A DNA stretch of 63,999 bases, counting the filler, from Octopus bimaculoides (taxonomy: Eukaryota), in the NCBI RefSeq assembly GCF_001194135.2. It is 10 parts of 9 records of this genome, joined end to end, with 100 filler letters (N's around TTAATTAATTAA, not from the genome) between each part and the next. Parts side by side here need not be neighbours in the genome. Positions count along the whole stretch, not along the records: positions 36,119 to 43,731 come from NC_068986.1; positions 43,832 to 51,126 come from NC_068982.1; positions 51,227 to 58,416 come from NC_068981.1; 7 more parts are not named here. One strand, written 5' to 3'. The position numbers were made by a program, and so were the translations under genes. How positions within the stretch are numbered: position 1 is the stretch's first letter; each line of letters begins with the position of its first letter. Under the pieces are notes generated by a model, which was not told the DNA's origin, searched no databases, and worked only from the letters and a program-made list of their open reading frames with translations. This document shows positions 37,896 through 51,559 of the stretch, piece by piece.

Positions 37896-38699
37896 ATCAA
37901 TATGACAAGACTAAAACTTTAGTCCTTAGACACCCACGACACGTCAATAGAGGATGTAACCGTACGGTCGACAGGGGAATCATGATCATTCCTGTCGATG
38001 TCAGATTTCCTGTATGCCTTCATGAGCGAGGGATTTACAGAAATGGCATCTAAATGCAGTAGGCGCACGTGATCTACGCCGATCGAAATATCGTCTATTT
38101 GTTAATACTTCCAGGTAGTTCGAGTTTTAAGCTGTGCTTGACCTCCCCTCACAGAAATAAAACAAACAAAACAAAACATAGGAAAAAAAACATGGGTGCA
38201 TAAAGTACTAACATATCAAATTTTAAAGTGACAAGTGCTTATGCAATACGAGAGCCACTTTCTCAATTTTTGAAGTCATTAAACAAACCAAAAATACAAA
38301 TGCAAGATGATCAGAAACTACAAGCACCACAGAACATCAAATCAGACCATCCATCTGTCATGTGTATTTATATACGCATGCGAACACTCACACGCACGTA
38401 CACACACACACACACGCACGCACGCACGCACGCACATACCCCCACATACGCACATATGCTCATACATACAAACACATTACTGGATAGCTGTAAGTTTTCT
38501 GGAGCTCGTCCGCCCACTGACAGGTTTTATTTTTCATTAGGCAGGGTGTCCATAAGTCTGTCTCCTCACTAACCAGACTTAGTGGGGGTTGCCGGATTAG
38601 TTACCGACCATGCATAGATTGAACTGGGTTACATGGTTACCAGTGGTTGGTCTCTGGTTATCAGATCGATGAGCTGACATACATACGTGCACATACACA

Positions 38700-38912
38700 G
38701 AATCGTTAGCACGCCGGGCGTAATGCTTAGCAGTAGTTTGTCTGCAGTTACGTTCTGAGTTCAAATTCCACCGAGGTCGACTTTGCCTTCCATCTTTTCG
38801 GGGTCGATTAAATAAGTTCCAGTTACCCACTGGGGTCGATGTAATCGACTTAATCCCTTTGTCTGTCCTTGTTTGTCTCCTCTGTGTTTAGCTCCCTGTG
38901 GGCAATAAAGAA
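38700..38912 (+). mobile_element. SINE family A copy
   Basis: GAATCGTTAGCACGCCGGGC...CTGAGTTCAAATTCCACCGAGGTCGAC...GTGGGCAATAAAGAAATA. Confidence 0.9.
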
Positions 38913-39749
38913 ATATATATGTTTGTACAAATGTTTATGTAAGTATATATATATATGCATATATATATNNNNNNNNNNNNNNNNNNNNNNNNNNNNNNNN
39001 NNNNNNNNNNNNNNNNNNNNNNNNNNNNNNNNNNNNNNNNNNNNNNNNNNNNNNNNNNNNNNNNNNNNNNNNNNNNNNNNNNNNNNNNNNNNNNNNNNNN
39101 NNNNNNNNNNNNNNNNNNNNNNNNNNNNNNNNNNNNNNNNNNNNNNNNNNNNNNNNNNNNNNNNNNNNNNNNNNNNNNNNNNNNNNNNNNNNNNNNNNNN
39201 NNNNNNNNNNNNNNNNNNNNNNNNNNNNNNNNNNNNNNNNNNNNNNNNNNNNNNNNNNNNNNNNNNNNNNNNNNNNNNNNNNNNNNNNNNNNNNNNNNNN
39301 NNNNNNNNNNNNNNNNNNNNNNNNNNNNNNNNNNNNNNNNNNNNNNNNNNNNNNNNNNNNNNNNNNNNNNNNNNNNNNNNNNNNNNNNNNNNNNNNNNNN
39401 NNNNNNNNNNNNNNNNNNNNNNNNNNNNNNNNNNNNNNNNNNNNNNNNNNNNNNNNNNNNNNNNNNNNNNNNNNNNNNNNNNNNNNNNNNNNNNNNNNNN
39501 NNNNNTCTTCTTCTTCTTCTTCTTCTTCTTCTTCTTCTTCTTCTTCTTCTTCAGTTTCTTTCTTTCTTTCTTTCTCCATTCATTAATTCATTTATTTAAT
39601 TTCTGACATATCTATATTTAACAGTCATACGATTTATTTAGCACGATCTTTTGTTTCAAAAACGTGTGGTAAGCTCGTCAGTGTGCAATTCTCTGAATGT
39701 TGCTTACGGTGGCCTTTAAACATCTTTTTAATATTATAGCTTCTTAGTT

Positions 39750-40142
39750 AAGGCAGCGAGCTGGCAGAATCGTTAACACGCCGGGGAAGATGCTTAGCGG
39801 CATTTTGTCCCTCTTTACGTTCTGAGATCAAATTCCACCGGGGTCGACTTCATCTTTCATCCTTTCGAGGCTAATAAAATGAATACCAGTTGAACACTGA
39901 GCCCATTCCCGCCGAACTTGCTGGCCTTGTGCCAAATTTTGAAAGCATTATTATAGCTTCTTAATTTTCGACCAATTTTTGGAAATGAAAACTCGGAAGT
40001 TTCAAGATTTTAGCTTTCAATAACATCTATTAACAACCAAAAATTTTGAGAGGGGAGAAATAGTCGATTACATGGACTCCACTACTCAACTGGTATGTAA
40101 TTTATCCGGCATGCTAACGATTCTGCCAGCTCGCAGACTTAA
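39750..40142. mobile_element. Two SINE family A copies in inverted orientation (39750-39950 +, ~40035-40142 -)
   Basis: TTAAGGCAGCGAGCTGGCAGAATCGTTAAC at 39748 and its reverse complement GCTAACGATTCTGCCAGCTCGC at 40112. Confidence 0.75.
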
Positions 40143-40183
40143 TAACATCTATTGATAGTAGTAATAATAAAGAGCATTAATCA

Positions 40184-40248
<65 letters not shown>

Positions 40249-40366
40249 GTGTGTGTGTGTATATACATACATACATACATACATACATACATGCATGCAT
40301 ACATACATACATGCATACATGCATACATACATACATACATACATACATACATACATACATACATAC

Positions 40367-42122
40367 TTAAGGAAGTCTGAAGGATGTCTCACTGGTTCAT
40401 AAGGAAACAGAAATACCAAAATTATGCAGTTTCTTCGTGGATGACTTGAAACTTTATACAAAGAATATGCATGAGATGAAAAAGAGCCTTGACCTAGTTA
40501 CAACATTCTCAAAGTATGTAGGGTTGGAGTTTGGCTAGGATAAATGCTGTTATATGGTTGTGAAAAGGGGGAAAACTATAAATCAAACTAGTAACATTTC
40601 CATCAATGTAACAAAACACCTGTAACAAAACACCTGTAACAAAACACGTGTCACTAAAGAATATTACAGCCGAATAAAGAAAATTTGGACCTCAGAACTT
40701 TCTGCAGTCAATAAAGCAGTGGCCCACAATGTGTTTACAGTGCCAGTGCTATACCAACATTCGGGCTGCTTGATTAGATGCTTGATGAGATCCAAGTCAT
40801 TGAAGTGAAAACCCGAAAAATACTAACAAGCGCACGTAATTTCCACATAAACAGTGACGTAGACCGCCTCTACCTAAAACGAAAACAAGACGGCAGAGGC
40901 CTTTGAATGTCGTATGATATCCCTTCGGCCACATATTCTAACCACCAAGTGTCGAAGTGTATTTCTTGGCCAAGTTTGCATACATGAGGCTGATAACATC
41001 GTAAAACTTGGAAGGCAGTTCCTTGAGCAATAATCTTTGTCTGATAACCGAGAATACATGCCCAAAGAAGTCGTATGACTCTACTACAACGTATCATCAG
41101 ATGAAAAGATGAGCCTATATGAGCAGAAGACTATGCATGGATATGGTACTAGAAAGCTCCGAGATGATAGTAACATCGATCATCAAAGCAGTTTATCGTG
41201 GACCAATAGCCAGAGTACTACCTCCCACTTTCAAGGGTATGCTTTTGCAATCCGGGATTAGGAAATGTCAACCAAGTACCTGATGCACAAAAGGGATAGT
41301 GGTGCAGGGAAAGCAGTAAAATGTGGCAACTGATGCAGACTTTGTGGAGTTAACACCGAAGATATCACCCACATCGTAAGCAGTTGTTCGAAAATGTCAT
41401 CACGATATTATCTACCGATGAGACATGATGTTGTAGCTTGGACATTCTATAAGGAAATCCGTCGGAAGGATAACCCCGAGGAAAAGAAATAAGAACCGAC
41501 AATATGGTAGAAGCCATAGCCACTCATAATAAAAAAGAGTACTGGTAGAATATCCCAGTAAAGACCTCAGTAAATGTAAGCACAACAGACCTGATATAAT
41601 GATTTGGGATAGAGAAGAGAAATTGTGCACAGTTTTAGAAATTAGCTGCCCAGCGGATGTCAACATAAAGCTGAAGATCAGTTAAAAAGAAAATATCTAC
41701 GCTGAACTATTGAAAAATCTACAGTTACACGTTCAGGTTTATACCTATAATTATTGGGGCCCTGGGATATGTAACACATTGCCTAAATAGCAATCTTGAG
41801 AAATTAGGCTTCTCAAAATCAGAAAGAAGAAAGCTAATTCGAAGACTACAGATCCAATTCATCACTGGAACTGTAAAAATCTGTAAATCTTTCCAGACGT
41901 TTATCATGTAAATATATATGAGCATGTCTAGATATGCAACTATATGCATGAGAATATATGCATAAAGAAAAACATACAAATCTGCACACATACATACATA
42001 CATACATACAAACAAAAATAGCCTGTTGTTGATGTTGAAATTCCAATGAAGGGACCTTGAATCTAGGTTAGAAACCGGCTCTTTCGCTGTTGGCAAGAAA
42101 TCTTGAAATAAAACTGAACAAT
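40367..42122 (+). mobile_element. 5'-truncated R4/Dong/HERO-type LINE with RT end, CCHC knuckle, RLE endonuclease and 3' UTR; pseudogenised
   Basis: FVDDLKLY at 40443, VDRLYLKRKQDGRGL, CRLCGVNTEDITHIVSSC at ~41334, RHDVV, HNRPDIMIWDR at 41581; (CATA)n at the 5' edge and in the 3' UTR. Confidence 0.92.
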
Positions 42123-42139
42123 GACATACATGTATGTGT

Positions 42140-42174
<35 letters not shown>

Positions 42175-43164
42175 NNNNNNNNNNNNNNNNNNNNNNNNNN
42201 NNNNNNNNNNNNNNNNNNNNNNNTGTGTGTGCCCCCCCCCGTTAGCGTGTGTGTGTGTGTGTGTGTCTGTGTGTATGTGTGTGTGTGAAAAACTACGCAT
42301 TCTGAAGGTGAGACTATGTAAGTCTAGAAACGTTGATGATGGTTGTAGGGACTTTATTGCTACAAAAGAGCCGCTAGAATCGCATACGAAAATACGAAGA
42401 ATACGAAGAAAAGTTTAATATATACTAGAACATTGTGGTATTTTCAATATATATCTAAAAGAATAGTTGTTCCCCACTTATACGAATACACACACGCACA
42501 CACATTCACCACACATATGCGATAACGATCGAATTTGAATCGTGGAATTACTCGCACAAGCATTCATTTCTTGTGTCCCAAAATAGAGAATTTTCGATTG
42601 GCCTTTCGAAATATATTTGTTCATTGGAAGAAACTTATGATATGGTCTACTTTTGCATTTGCACGACTGCTTATAAGCTTGTTGGCTGCAGAAATAAACT
42701 TAGTTGACATCTTCGCTGAACCGGAAAGACTTTATGACAGAATAGCAAACTGCTTGAATTCAAGAAATGATATTCTTTGTAATTGCTTGCATAGCGCAAC
42801 ATATTTGCGATGTAGTTTTTATGAGACGTTATAGAAACTTTTTGACGCAAAGTATTTAATACTCACATTTTTTGTTCTCATTTTTACTTTTGCTTTCTTT
42901 TCTGTTCCTTACTTTACCTTTCCTTCGTGTAGCAGCATATTTATTAAATCTGGGTTTGTGAACGGAAAGCGAATTCTGGGGGTGTTTTCAATGATAAATT
43001 TTTTCGCCGTAAATCTTATATCACGTTTTCTCATTTTCTCATCTTATGACATTCTTTGAAACATTTTATAGTATTTGAGTGTGAATGGTATTTTGTAAAT
43101 GACCTAAAATGCTTGCAATTTATATGACTGGATTATTCTGTTGATTATATTTATAGTCTTTTCT

Positions 43165-43310
43165 ACTCTAGGCACAAGGCCCGAAATTTTTGGGGAGGGG
43201 CCAGTCGATTAGATCAACCTTAGTCCGCAACTGATATTTAATTTATTGAATCCCAAAGGATGAAAGGCAAAGTCGACTCTGTTGTAATTTGAACTCAGAA
43301 TGTAAAGACA
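43165..43310 (-). mobile_element. SINE family A copy
   Basis: CTAGGCACAAGGCCCGAAATT...GATGAAAGGCAAAGTCGAC...TTTGAACTCAGAA. Confidence 0.8.
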
Positions 43311-43376
43311 GACGAATGATTATTTTTATATTGACTTTTAGTTGATTTTATCTTTACATACGCATCCAATGAAATG

Positions 43377-43731
43377 TGGAGGCGCAATGGCCCAATGGTT
43401 AGGGCAGCGGACTCGCTGTCATAGGATTTGCGGTTTCGATTCCCAGACCGGGTGTTTTGAGTGTTTATTGAGCGAAAACACCTAAAGCTCCACGAGGCTC
43501 CGGTAGGGGATGGTGGCGAACACTGCTGTACTCTTTCGCCACAACTTTCTCTCACTCTTACTTCCTGTTTCCGTTGTGCCTGTAATTCAAAGGGTCAGCC
43601 TTGTCACACTGTGTTACGCTGAATATCCCCGAGAACTACGTTAAGGGTACACGTGTCTGTGGAGTGCTCAGCCATTTACACGTTAATTTCACGAGCAGGC
43701 TGTTTCGTTGATCGGGTCAACTGGAACCCTC
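43377..43731 (+). mobile_element. tRNA-derived SINE family B, near full length (3' end in gap)
   Basis: TGGAGGCGCAATGGCCCAATGGTTAGGGCAGCGG..., near-identical to 16838. Confidence 0.93.
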
Positions 43732-43831
43732 NNNNNNNNNNNNNNNNNNNNNNNNNNNNNNNNNNNNNNNNNNNNTTAATTAATTAANNNNNNNNNNNNN
43801 NNNNNNNNNNNNNNNNNNNNNNNNNNNNNNN

Positions 43832-44212
43832 GCTAGAGCATTGATCGCTTCGATCCTGTTTCTCGCGTTCAGCTCTGTCTTCAGTATTGCTCTCACCCTG
43901 CGATAACATTCTCTTCTGATCCTTTCCCTCATCACTGAGTGCTTGATATTGTCCCCTTCAATTACCCCTAGGTATTTGTAGCTCTCCGCTGGTTCTAACT
44001 CTTTTATGACATTTTGCTGGTCAAGGTTCACATTAGATGTATTTGTCATTTTTCCTTTGATAAAGATAGCTTTTGCACATTTATCAAGGCCAAATTGCAT
44101 CCTGATGTCATCACTGAATTGTTTAACAATCGCTAGTAGGCCTTTGAGTTGTTGGTCATTTTTTGCAAAGAGCTTTAAATCATCCATGTAAATGAGATGA
44201 TTTATATTTTTA
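43832..44212 (-). mobile_element. R4/Dong-like LINE RT fragment abutting (TAA)n
   Basis: INHLIYMDDLKLFAKN...FGLDKCAK...YKYLGV...LKTELNARNRIEAINAL, open frame. Confidence 0.93.
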
Positions 44213-44256
44213 TCAAATATTATAAAAATATAAATATATTATTATTATTATTATTA

Positions 44257-44329
<73 letters not shown>

Positions 44330-44714
44330 TTATGTTTGACTTTTGTTTTGCATTTATTATTATTATTAATATTATTATTATTATTATTATTTATTTATTT
44401 ATTCATTTATTTATTTAATTCATTTTCTGCTGTCATGTTTTACTTCCTTGCTGATGACTGTGTTCTCTCTCTTGTATCCATTCCCCCGCTTCGTCTGGTT
44501 ATTATGATATTAACTATTTTTTTACTCAGTTTATTATTATCATTATTATTAGTAGCATTATTATTTTGCGGATGTCGATTTTGCCTTTCATCGTTCCGAA
44601 TTCGACAAATTCAATACCAGTTAAACAGTGGGGTTGTTGTAATCGACTAGTTCCACCCACAGCTCAGAATTTCAGGCCTTGTGTATATAATAGAAATGAT
44701 CATCACCATCATTA

Positions 44715-44747
<33 letters not shown>

Positions 44748-44799
44748 GTCGTTGTTGTTGTTGTTGTTATTGTTGTTGTTGCTGTTGTTGTTATTATTC

Positions 44800-44837
<38 letters not shown>

Positions 44838-44971
44838 ATTATTATGATTATTATTCCACCGAGGTCGATATTACCTTTCATCAATCCGAGGTCGATAAAA
44901 TAAGTACTTACCCACTCCTCCGAAATTGCTGGCCATGTGCCATAATTTGAAACCATCATCACCATCATTAT

Positions 44972-45009
<38 letters not shown>

Positions 45010-45017
45010 TCATCATC

Positions 45018-45093
<76 letters not shown>

Positions 45094-46484
45094 TTTCATG
45101 TTTTCACTTCTTTTATTTATCCTTATTTGTTTTCTTTTCATATTCACGTTTTCACATTTTACGCGCTCTTTATTCTTTTGTATGAATTCGTTTCATGTTA
45201 TTTTTTTTTTGGCGCACGTATTCATCAGTTTCGTCATTTTTCTTCTTTTATTTTATTCTGTTTAAATAATAGTTTCTTTCATTCGATGTCAAAATTAAAT
45301 TTCTAGTTGCTGATGCTGTTTTCTTCCTAATATTATGAACCTTATTTTTCTCTGTGATTTGTCATTATTGGTGTTGTTCATATTACCTATGATCAAATAT
45401 TTCTTACGGCTGTTCTTTTTGTTTAGCTTCGTCTTCAAAGCTGTTTTTCTTCGTTTCTTCTTTTGCGTCTTGTCTTCAGTAGTATCAATTCTATCAACAT
45501 ATAATTTCACTACAAGTAAAGTTAATATTATTTTTTCTTCTTTGTTTTTAGCACAGGGACTATTAAGACAAGTGAATTGCTTTGATATTAAATTGTATTT
45601 CTTACGTATAATTTCTTTCTCTAAATTGTATAGTTCCATCAACATTCTAAGACTACTTTCATTTTACTTAATAGATTTTTATTTTGAGTCAATAAGATTT
45701 AGAAACAATAAAGTTTGCGTTTTACATTTTTAGAAAACAGATCGAGTCATAATTTTATTTTATTTTTTCATCACTTTCCCCAACTATTGATTTTCAAGTT
45801 TTCAAGTGAAATAAATACAACATAACTAATAAATATGACATAATCTATTGAAATATGTTCATGTTTAACAAAAGCACATGGCAACGGAACGTATATTAAT
45901 ATCTAAAATCCTATAGTGATTTAAATTGTACGTATGGATTATTTTTGAAAAAGAAATACTTGCAAGACAACATATTTGTAAATTGATGTTCGAAAAAAAG
46001 ACGAGAAAGAGAAAGTATACATCGCTTTGATTCATTACAATATTAAATAAATCAAATTCATGCTACTTCTAAGTATTATTTTCAATCATGACAGAAGAAA
46101 AGGCAGGCATATTATAGAAGGAGAATAAATAGTTTCTGAAAAACACAATAATATTATTAGTGTAGCAGATTGCAAAGTAATATGTATACACAACATTCTG
46201 CCGAGCCAGTAACTAAGACACACAGGTTCAAATTTATTCGTATAACTATAGATCCGATTTTAGATAGAGACAAAAATATTAGTATCCAGTCAATATAAGT
46301 CTAAATATCGAAATAAATTTTCATACTAGTGTTTCAGTTATAATGAAGAATCCTCTAGCGCACACGAAGTGGATGTTATTAGTTTAGAATCTAAGAGACT
46401 CCTATCAATAGTATAAACGGCAAGAATGCTATATATATATGCAATATCTACAGACATCATAACCAGTAGTAATGTTTGTGCGTG

Positions 46485-46532
<48 letters not shown>

Positions 46533-47669
46533 GCATAAAATATAATATACGTAACGCTATATCTCACAAAAGCTGGGGAATTTATTTCACAGTATTATTC
46601 TATATAACGCTGATATGTGCGTTCAGATCGTATAAATCAGCCATGAAAAAAAAAAAGAAATGCTATAACCAATATCGTTTCATATTGATGTATATATCTC
46701 ACTTCCTTGTCATATGTTTACTTATGGAACATAGTATTATTGCGCGATGTTTGTATCTGGCCATAATGAAACGTTTCTTGCTTTTTGAATCTGTTATGCT
46801 CGATGTGTTCTGTACAATCAATTTTCCTCACTTCAGTTACCCAGATATTAGATTATCTGTAATATTTGTGACCTTTCCTCGGATGGATAATCAGTGTTGT
46901 TTCGAATAAACGCATTGTAAACGCATTGAGATATTGTTTTAAAGAAATGGAATGTTTATAATATTTCCTTGTTCTGCATTCCAAAATATTTTGATCAAAT
47001 ATAATTTTAAACGTATACGATCTGAACAAGAACATGTCAAATTCACTATTTAGTATCATCCAAGAAAATTGAGTGCGCCTCAGAACCATTTTGCAAAATG
47101 AAAATGAAACTAATAAAAAATAACTTTATTAAACTAGAAGCTGCTTCAATCAAAAGTAATAATATGGTAATTTGAAATTTGGAAGTTTATTCGGATCAAA
47201 CTGCCACAGATATAATCCTAACGTGTTGTTTTTATAGGTGATAGCGCTGGAAATTTTGACGTTAATTATAGATTTCTGTTAAGAAATGTAACATCACAGA
47301 ATTTTGTCGGTGATTGTCTGGAACAAATAGATTATTAAATATGCAGAAACGCATATATTTTTATGGTAAAACTATAAAGCAGTGAACAAAAAAGAATGAT
47401 ACTTTTTTTTTATAAAGCACCTTAAACATGATAAAAGCAGACTTAGATGAGGAGAACTTTTCTTTAATGCTCTAAATGTTAAATGATAAACTTAAGATGA
47501 AACGGAAAAGAAATTCGAATACCAACTCATCATTTCGAATAAAATGCAAATTGATAAATAGCGAGATGTAACATTGTAGGTTTATGCAATAACACAACTA
47601 ACACCAAAACCATCACTAACATCATCGTCATCATCAACGTAGTTGCCGCCTATGTCGTAGTCGTCGTCG

Positions 47670-47713
<44 letters not shown>

Positions 47714-47934
47714 ATCGGTATATCCTCTACCAAAACTACTTACATTCATATCACCGTGTTAATTACAACAGCCATTTGTATCAGCAACAAATTCGCCATT
47801 ACTGTCGTCAGCCGTTATATCATCCTAGAATATACCTCATATAATATTGTTACGTCTTAGATGCAAACAGGGAGAAAGAAAAACCCTTAAAATACTACAT
47901 TTTATTGGTCGGTAATACACACACATACACACTA

Positions 47935-47966
<32 letters not shown>

Positions 47967-48399
47967 CCCCTCACACACATATATATATATATATATATAN
48001 NNNNNNNNNNNNNNNNNNNNNNNNNNNNNNNNNNNNNNNNNNNNNNNNNNNNNNNNNNNNNNNNNNNNNNNNNNNNNNNNNNNNNNNNNNNNNNNNNNNN
48101 NNNNNNNNNNNTAGATAAATACGTAATAGACGAGCAAAGGTGACTCTCTATATTTGGATCAGGAGTTTTTCGCTGTGATCTCAATATTATTGTCTCCGTT
48201 TCAGAATGTATGGTATTCCTTCGGATTGTTCTGCTTAGTCGTGAAAGTGCATGTTTCAATGTGTATTTCAAGTATTTTTTCTTGTTTAATTTTTTTATAT
48301 TTCCTCTCACAGTAATGCAATATTTCAAAATCCGGTGCCAAGTTTTCGCCGTTAAACGCAGCTGCACCACTGTGAATACTTCCTATACTCTTTACTCAT

Positions 48400-48796
48400 T
48401 ACTCTTTTATTCGTTTTAGTCATTTGACTGCGGCCATGCTGGAGCACCGCCTTTAATCGAGCTAATCGACCCCGGGACTTATTCTTTGTTACCATACTTA
48501 TTCTATCGGTACCTTTTGCCGAACCGCTAATCACGGGGATATAAACACACCAGTATCGGTTGTCAAGCAATGCTAGGGGGACAAACACAGACACACAAAA
48601 ACACACACACATACACATATATATATACATATATAAGACGGGCTTCTTTCAGTTTCCGTCTACCAAATCCTCTCACAAGGCTTTGGTCGGCCCGAGGCTA
48701 TAGTAGAAGACACTTGCCCAAGGTGCCACGCAGTGGGACTGAACCCGGAACCATGTGCTTGGTAAGCAAGCTACTTACCACACAGCCACTCATGCG
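48400..48796 (-). mobile_element. Full-length SINE family C
   Basis: Head (rc of ...AAGCAAGCTACTTACCACACAGCC) through tail GGCCGCAGTCAAATGACT; homologous to 53840 and 60650. Confidence 0.92.
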
Positions 48797-49948
48797 CCTA
48801 TCATTAATATTCCTTTTTTTAAAAATCACATTTCATTGTTGAAATTACAAAAGTAGCACTAATTTTGTTTACTATGCTTTTTAGATTACACCTGATAGAA
48901 GATTTGGAATGCCAATCCTATTGCTGCATGAGTATAAGAATTCAAGTTTTCTTGCAGGCAATGATTATAGTTTAAATGATTTGTCCTGCTCTGTTGCAGA
49001 ACAGACCCATACATTTACTTTCATTTTCGTTTAGATCTAACTGAATTTTCTTACACATTCTATAGCTAGTTAATTTTAGCCTTAAGTCTGCTTATATCTA
49101 AATATACTCTCTAGGTCATTTAGATGAGCAATATATAGATAAATATGATTTCACTATACGTGTAATTGTTTGTCCTATTTTCCTTTTCCTCTTTCTTCTA
49201 AACTGTTACGTGTGGTTTCCTTTATATAATCGTTTTGAATATCTGGATAAACTATAAACAATAATACTGATATTTTCCTAATACTTGAAGAGAATTTTTG
49301 TGTATATATCAATCTATGACGTGCTTAGATTTTTCTGTTTTTTTCTAAAGTGAAATACATTTTTGAGATATAATATTTCCAGTCAGTTGAGCAATTTACT
49401 TATCAAAATAAACTGCGTAGTTGGTAATATTCTGAATAAACAATTTCGTAGTTGGTAATATTGTAATATCATGTGTTATCATGGAACTAGATAATGATTC
49501 TATTCTGTTCATATTTTCACTTTACCTCAGATACGTCTTATGCAATTATCTTGTAGTCTATATAGTATGACTATTTATTCATACAATATGTTGTAGTAAC
49601 TGTTCATTGTGTCAATTTTCTCCATATTTTTTATGTCATTTCAAACAATCCGTTATTTATTTTAAACAACTGATTCTCTAGACTCAGACACAAAAATAGC
49701 TTTTAAATCTTTCATCTTACATGTATTTAGAAGTCGCATTTTTATCATTTCCCCTTTGTTTACACACATATTCCTCGTCAATTGATACATTATTTTCTCT
49801 TAAATATTTTATTGACGTAGTTTCGATTACGGGCAAAAAGCACACTTACAAAACACTATAGAGTTGCTATCACTATAGAGTCGCTACACACAAGCAACAG
49901 CGGCGGCAGCAACAGCAGTTGCAGTAGTAGTAGTAGTAGTAGTAGTAG

Positions 49949-49984
<36 letters not shown>

Positions 49985-50755
49985 CAGTAGTAGTGTCAGC
50001 GGCAGCAGCAGCAGCAGCTGTAGCTCTGCTTTTATGAGCATGGTATCAAGGATATCGGCGAGAAATGCTGCTTTTTGGAATTAGCCATCATTTGGGGGAG
50101 CGAGTGACAGTGTGAAGTTGTGAATATAAAAAAACAAAGAAATCAGCACTACTAGGTTTGAAGAATTGATTGCAAAACAGAATTTCTAGGAGGACATATT
50201 ATTTTTTTTTCGTCCACATTTATTCGGAATTTTTAATAAATAAGTTTCTCTATTCCGAAATCTAAATTTTATTATGGAGAATATTGTATGATAATTTAAT
50301 ATATGAGACTAGCCAGCGTTACTCGATTCAAAGAAATATATACACAATATTTAACATCATTAATTATGCAATGATTAGTAAACATTTAGTGTAAATATGA
50401 TACAGTGAAGATTCAATGAAATTCAAGTAAATGAAAATATCATGTAGGATTTCTGTAACGACTATGTACAAATATTGAGGTAAGAAGAACAAATTCAATT
50501 GATATCGAATATAGCAGGCAGCAATGATTGCATATACATATATTTATATGTTGGTGTGCGTATAAATATATGTATGAATGCAGTATCAATATGTTTCCTT
50601 CTACATCATTATATGTATAAATATATATCAAGGGGAGGAGAGGTATTGGTGTCAAGAAGACTGAAAACTGTCAGGTATGTTGAGTAAGTGCTACGTATAG
50701 ACTATAGGTAAGTTCCAGGTTCGATAATGATACGCATGAGGAGTCCGACGTAGGT

Positions 50756-50802
<47 letters not shown>

Positions 50803-50821
50803 GGGATAATTAACGAAAAAA

Positions 50822-50997
50822 ACAAAAAAAAAACAACAGACGAGGACAGGTGGTGTAAACAACAAAAGGATGTATTAGTTTAACTCTCGGGAATACAGAA
50901 AGTCTTTAACGTTTCGAGCTACGCTCTTCAACAGAAAGAATACGGAGAAAACAAATAGAAAAACACGGAGAAAACATTGAATGGTTTGGTCAGCGAT
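50822..50997 (-). mobile_element. Penelope pLTR-like short repeat carrying a hammerhead-like motif (50901-50940)
   Basis: Minus strand TCTTT-CTGTTGA-A-GAGC-GTA-GCTC-GAAAC-GTT-AAAGA; flanked by (TA)n and (CA)n. Confidence 0.5.
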
Positions 50998-51092
50998 TTA
51001 TATGTACATGCCTACACACACACACACATACACACACACACAAACACACACACACACCCACACACACACAGACACACACACACCCACACAGA

Positions 51093-51126
<34 letters not shown>

Positions 51127-51226
51127 NNNNNNNNNNNNNNNNNNNNNNNNNNNNNNNNNNNNNNNNNNNNTTAATTAATTAANNNNNNNNNNNNNNNNNN
51201 NNNNNNNNNNNNNNNNNNNNNNNNNN

Positions 51227-51559
51227 TACCAGCAATTGCTTCATCAGCAATTGCCGTCCTAGCTCCTGCTAAAAGGGATTACCCTGCTATGTATAATCAG
51301 GGCAGCGCAAAAAGTTGTTTTGCACAAGCATTTCTATAGCCAATTACACGGATGAAATTTATGTATGCTTAATTATTTTACGCAAAACAGCCTTCAGACT
51401 TTCCCTATTAATTTCATCGTCTTTTGAATTATGAACATATTTACATCATAAGGGTTTTTTCGTTGTAAGGCTTTCTTTTTTAGTTGATTTTCAGCTAGCA
51501 AGACTTATCGTAGATGGCATAATAAGTCACACCCGGACAAGGTCGGGTTATACTGCTAG
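51227..51559 (+). mobile_element. Helitron-like 3' end
   Basis: Hairpin ACCC-G-GAC-AAG-GTC-GGGT (51531-51548), then TATACTG-CTAG (51556-51559) followed by T. Confidence 0.7.

Noticed and set aside
45295-45733. 116-132 aa ORFs on both strands
   Set aside because: AT-rich low-complexity sequence with biased K/N or F/L composition
48883-49030. Possible + strand exons (ITPDRRFGMPILLLHEYK; also 47237 GDSAGNFDVNY and 51626 ILIGLLQIVTKMK)
   Set aside because: Acceptor-like sites only, no recognised homology, phase or content incompatible with the known exons
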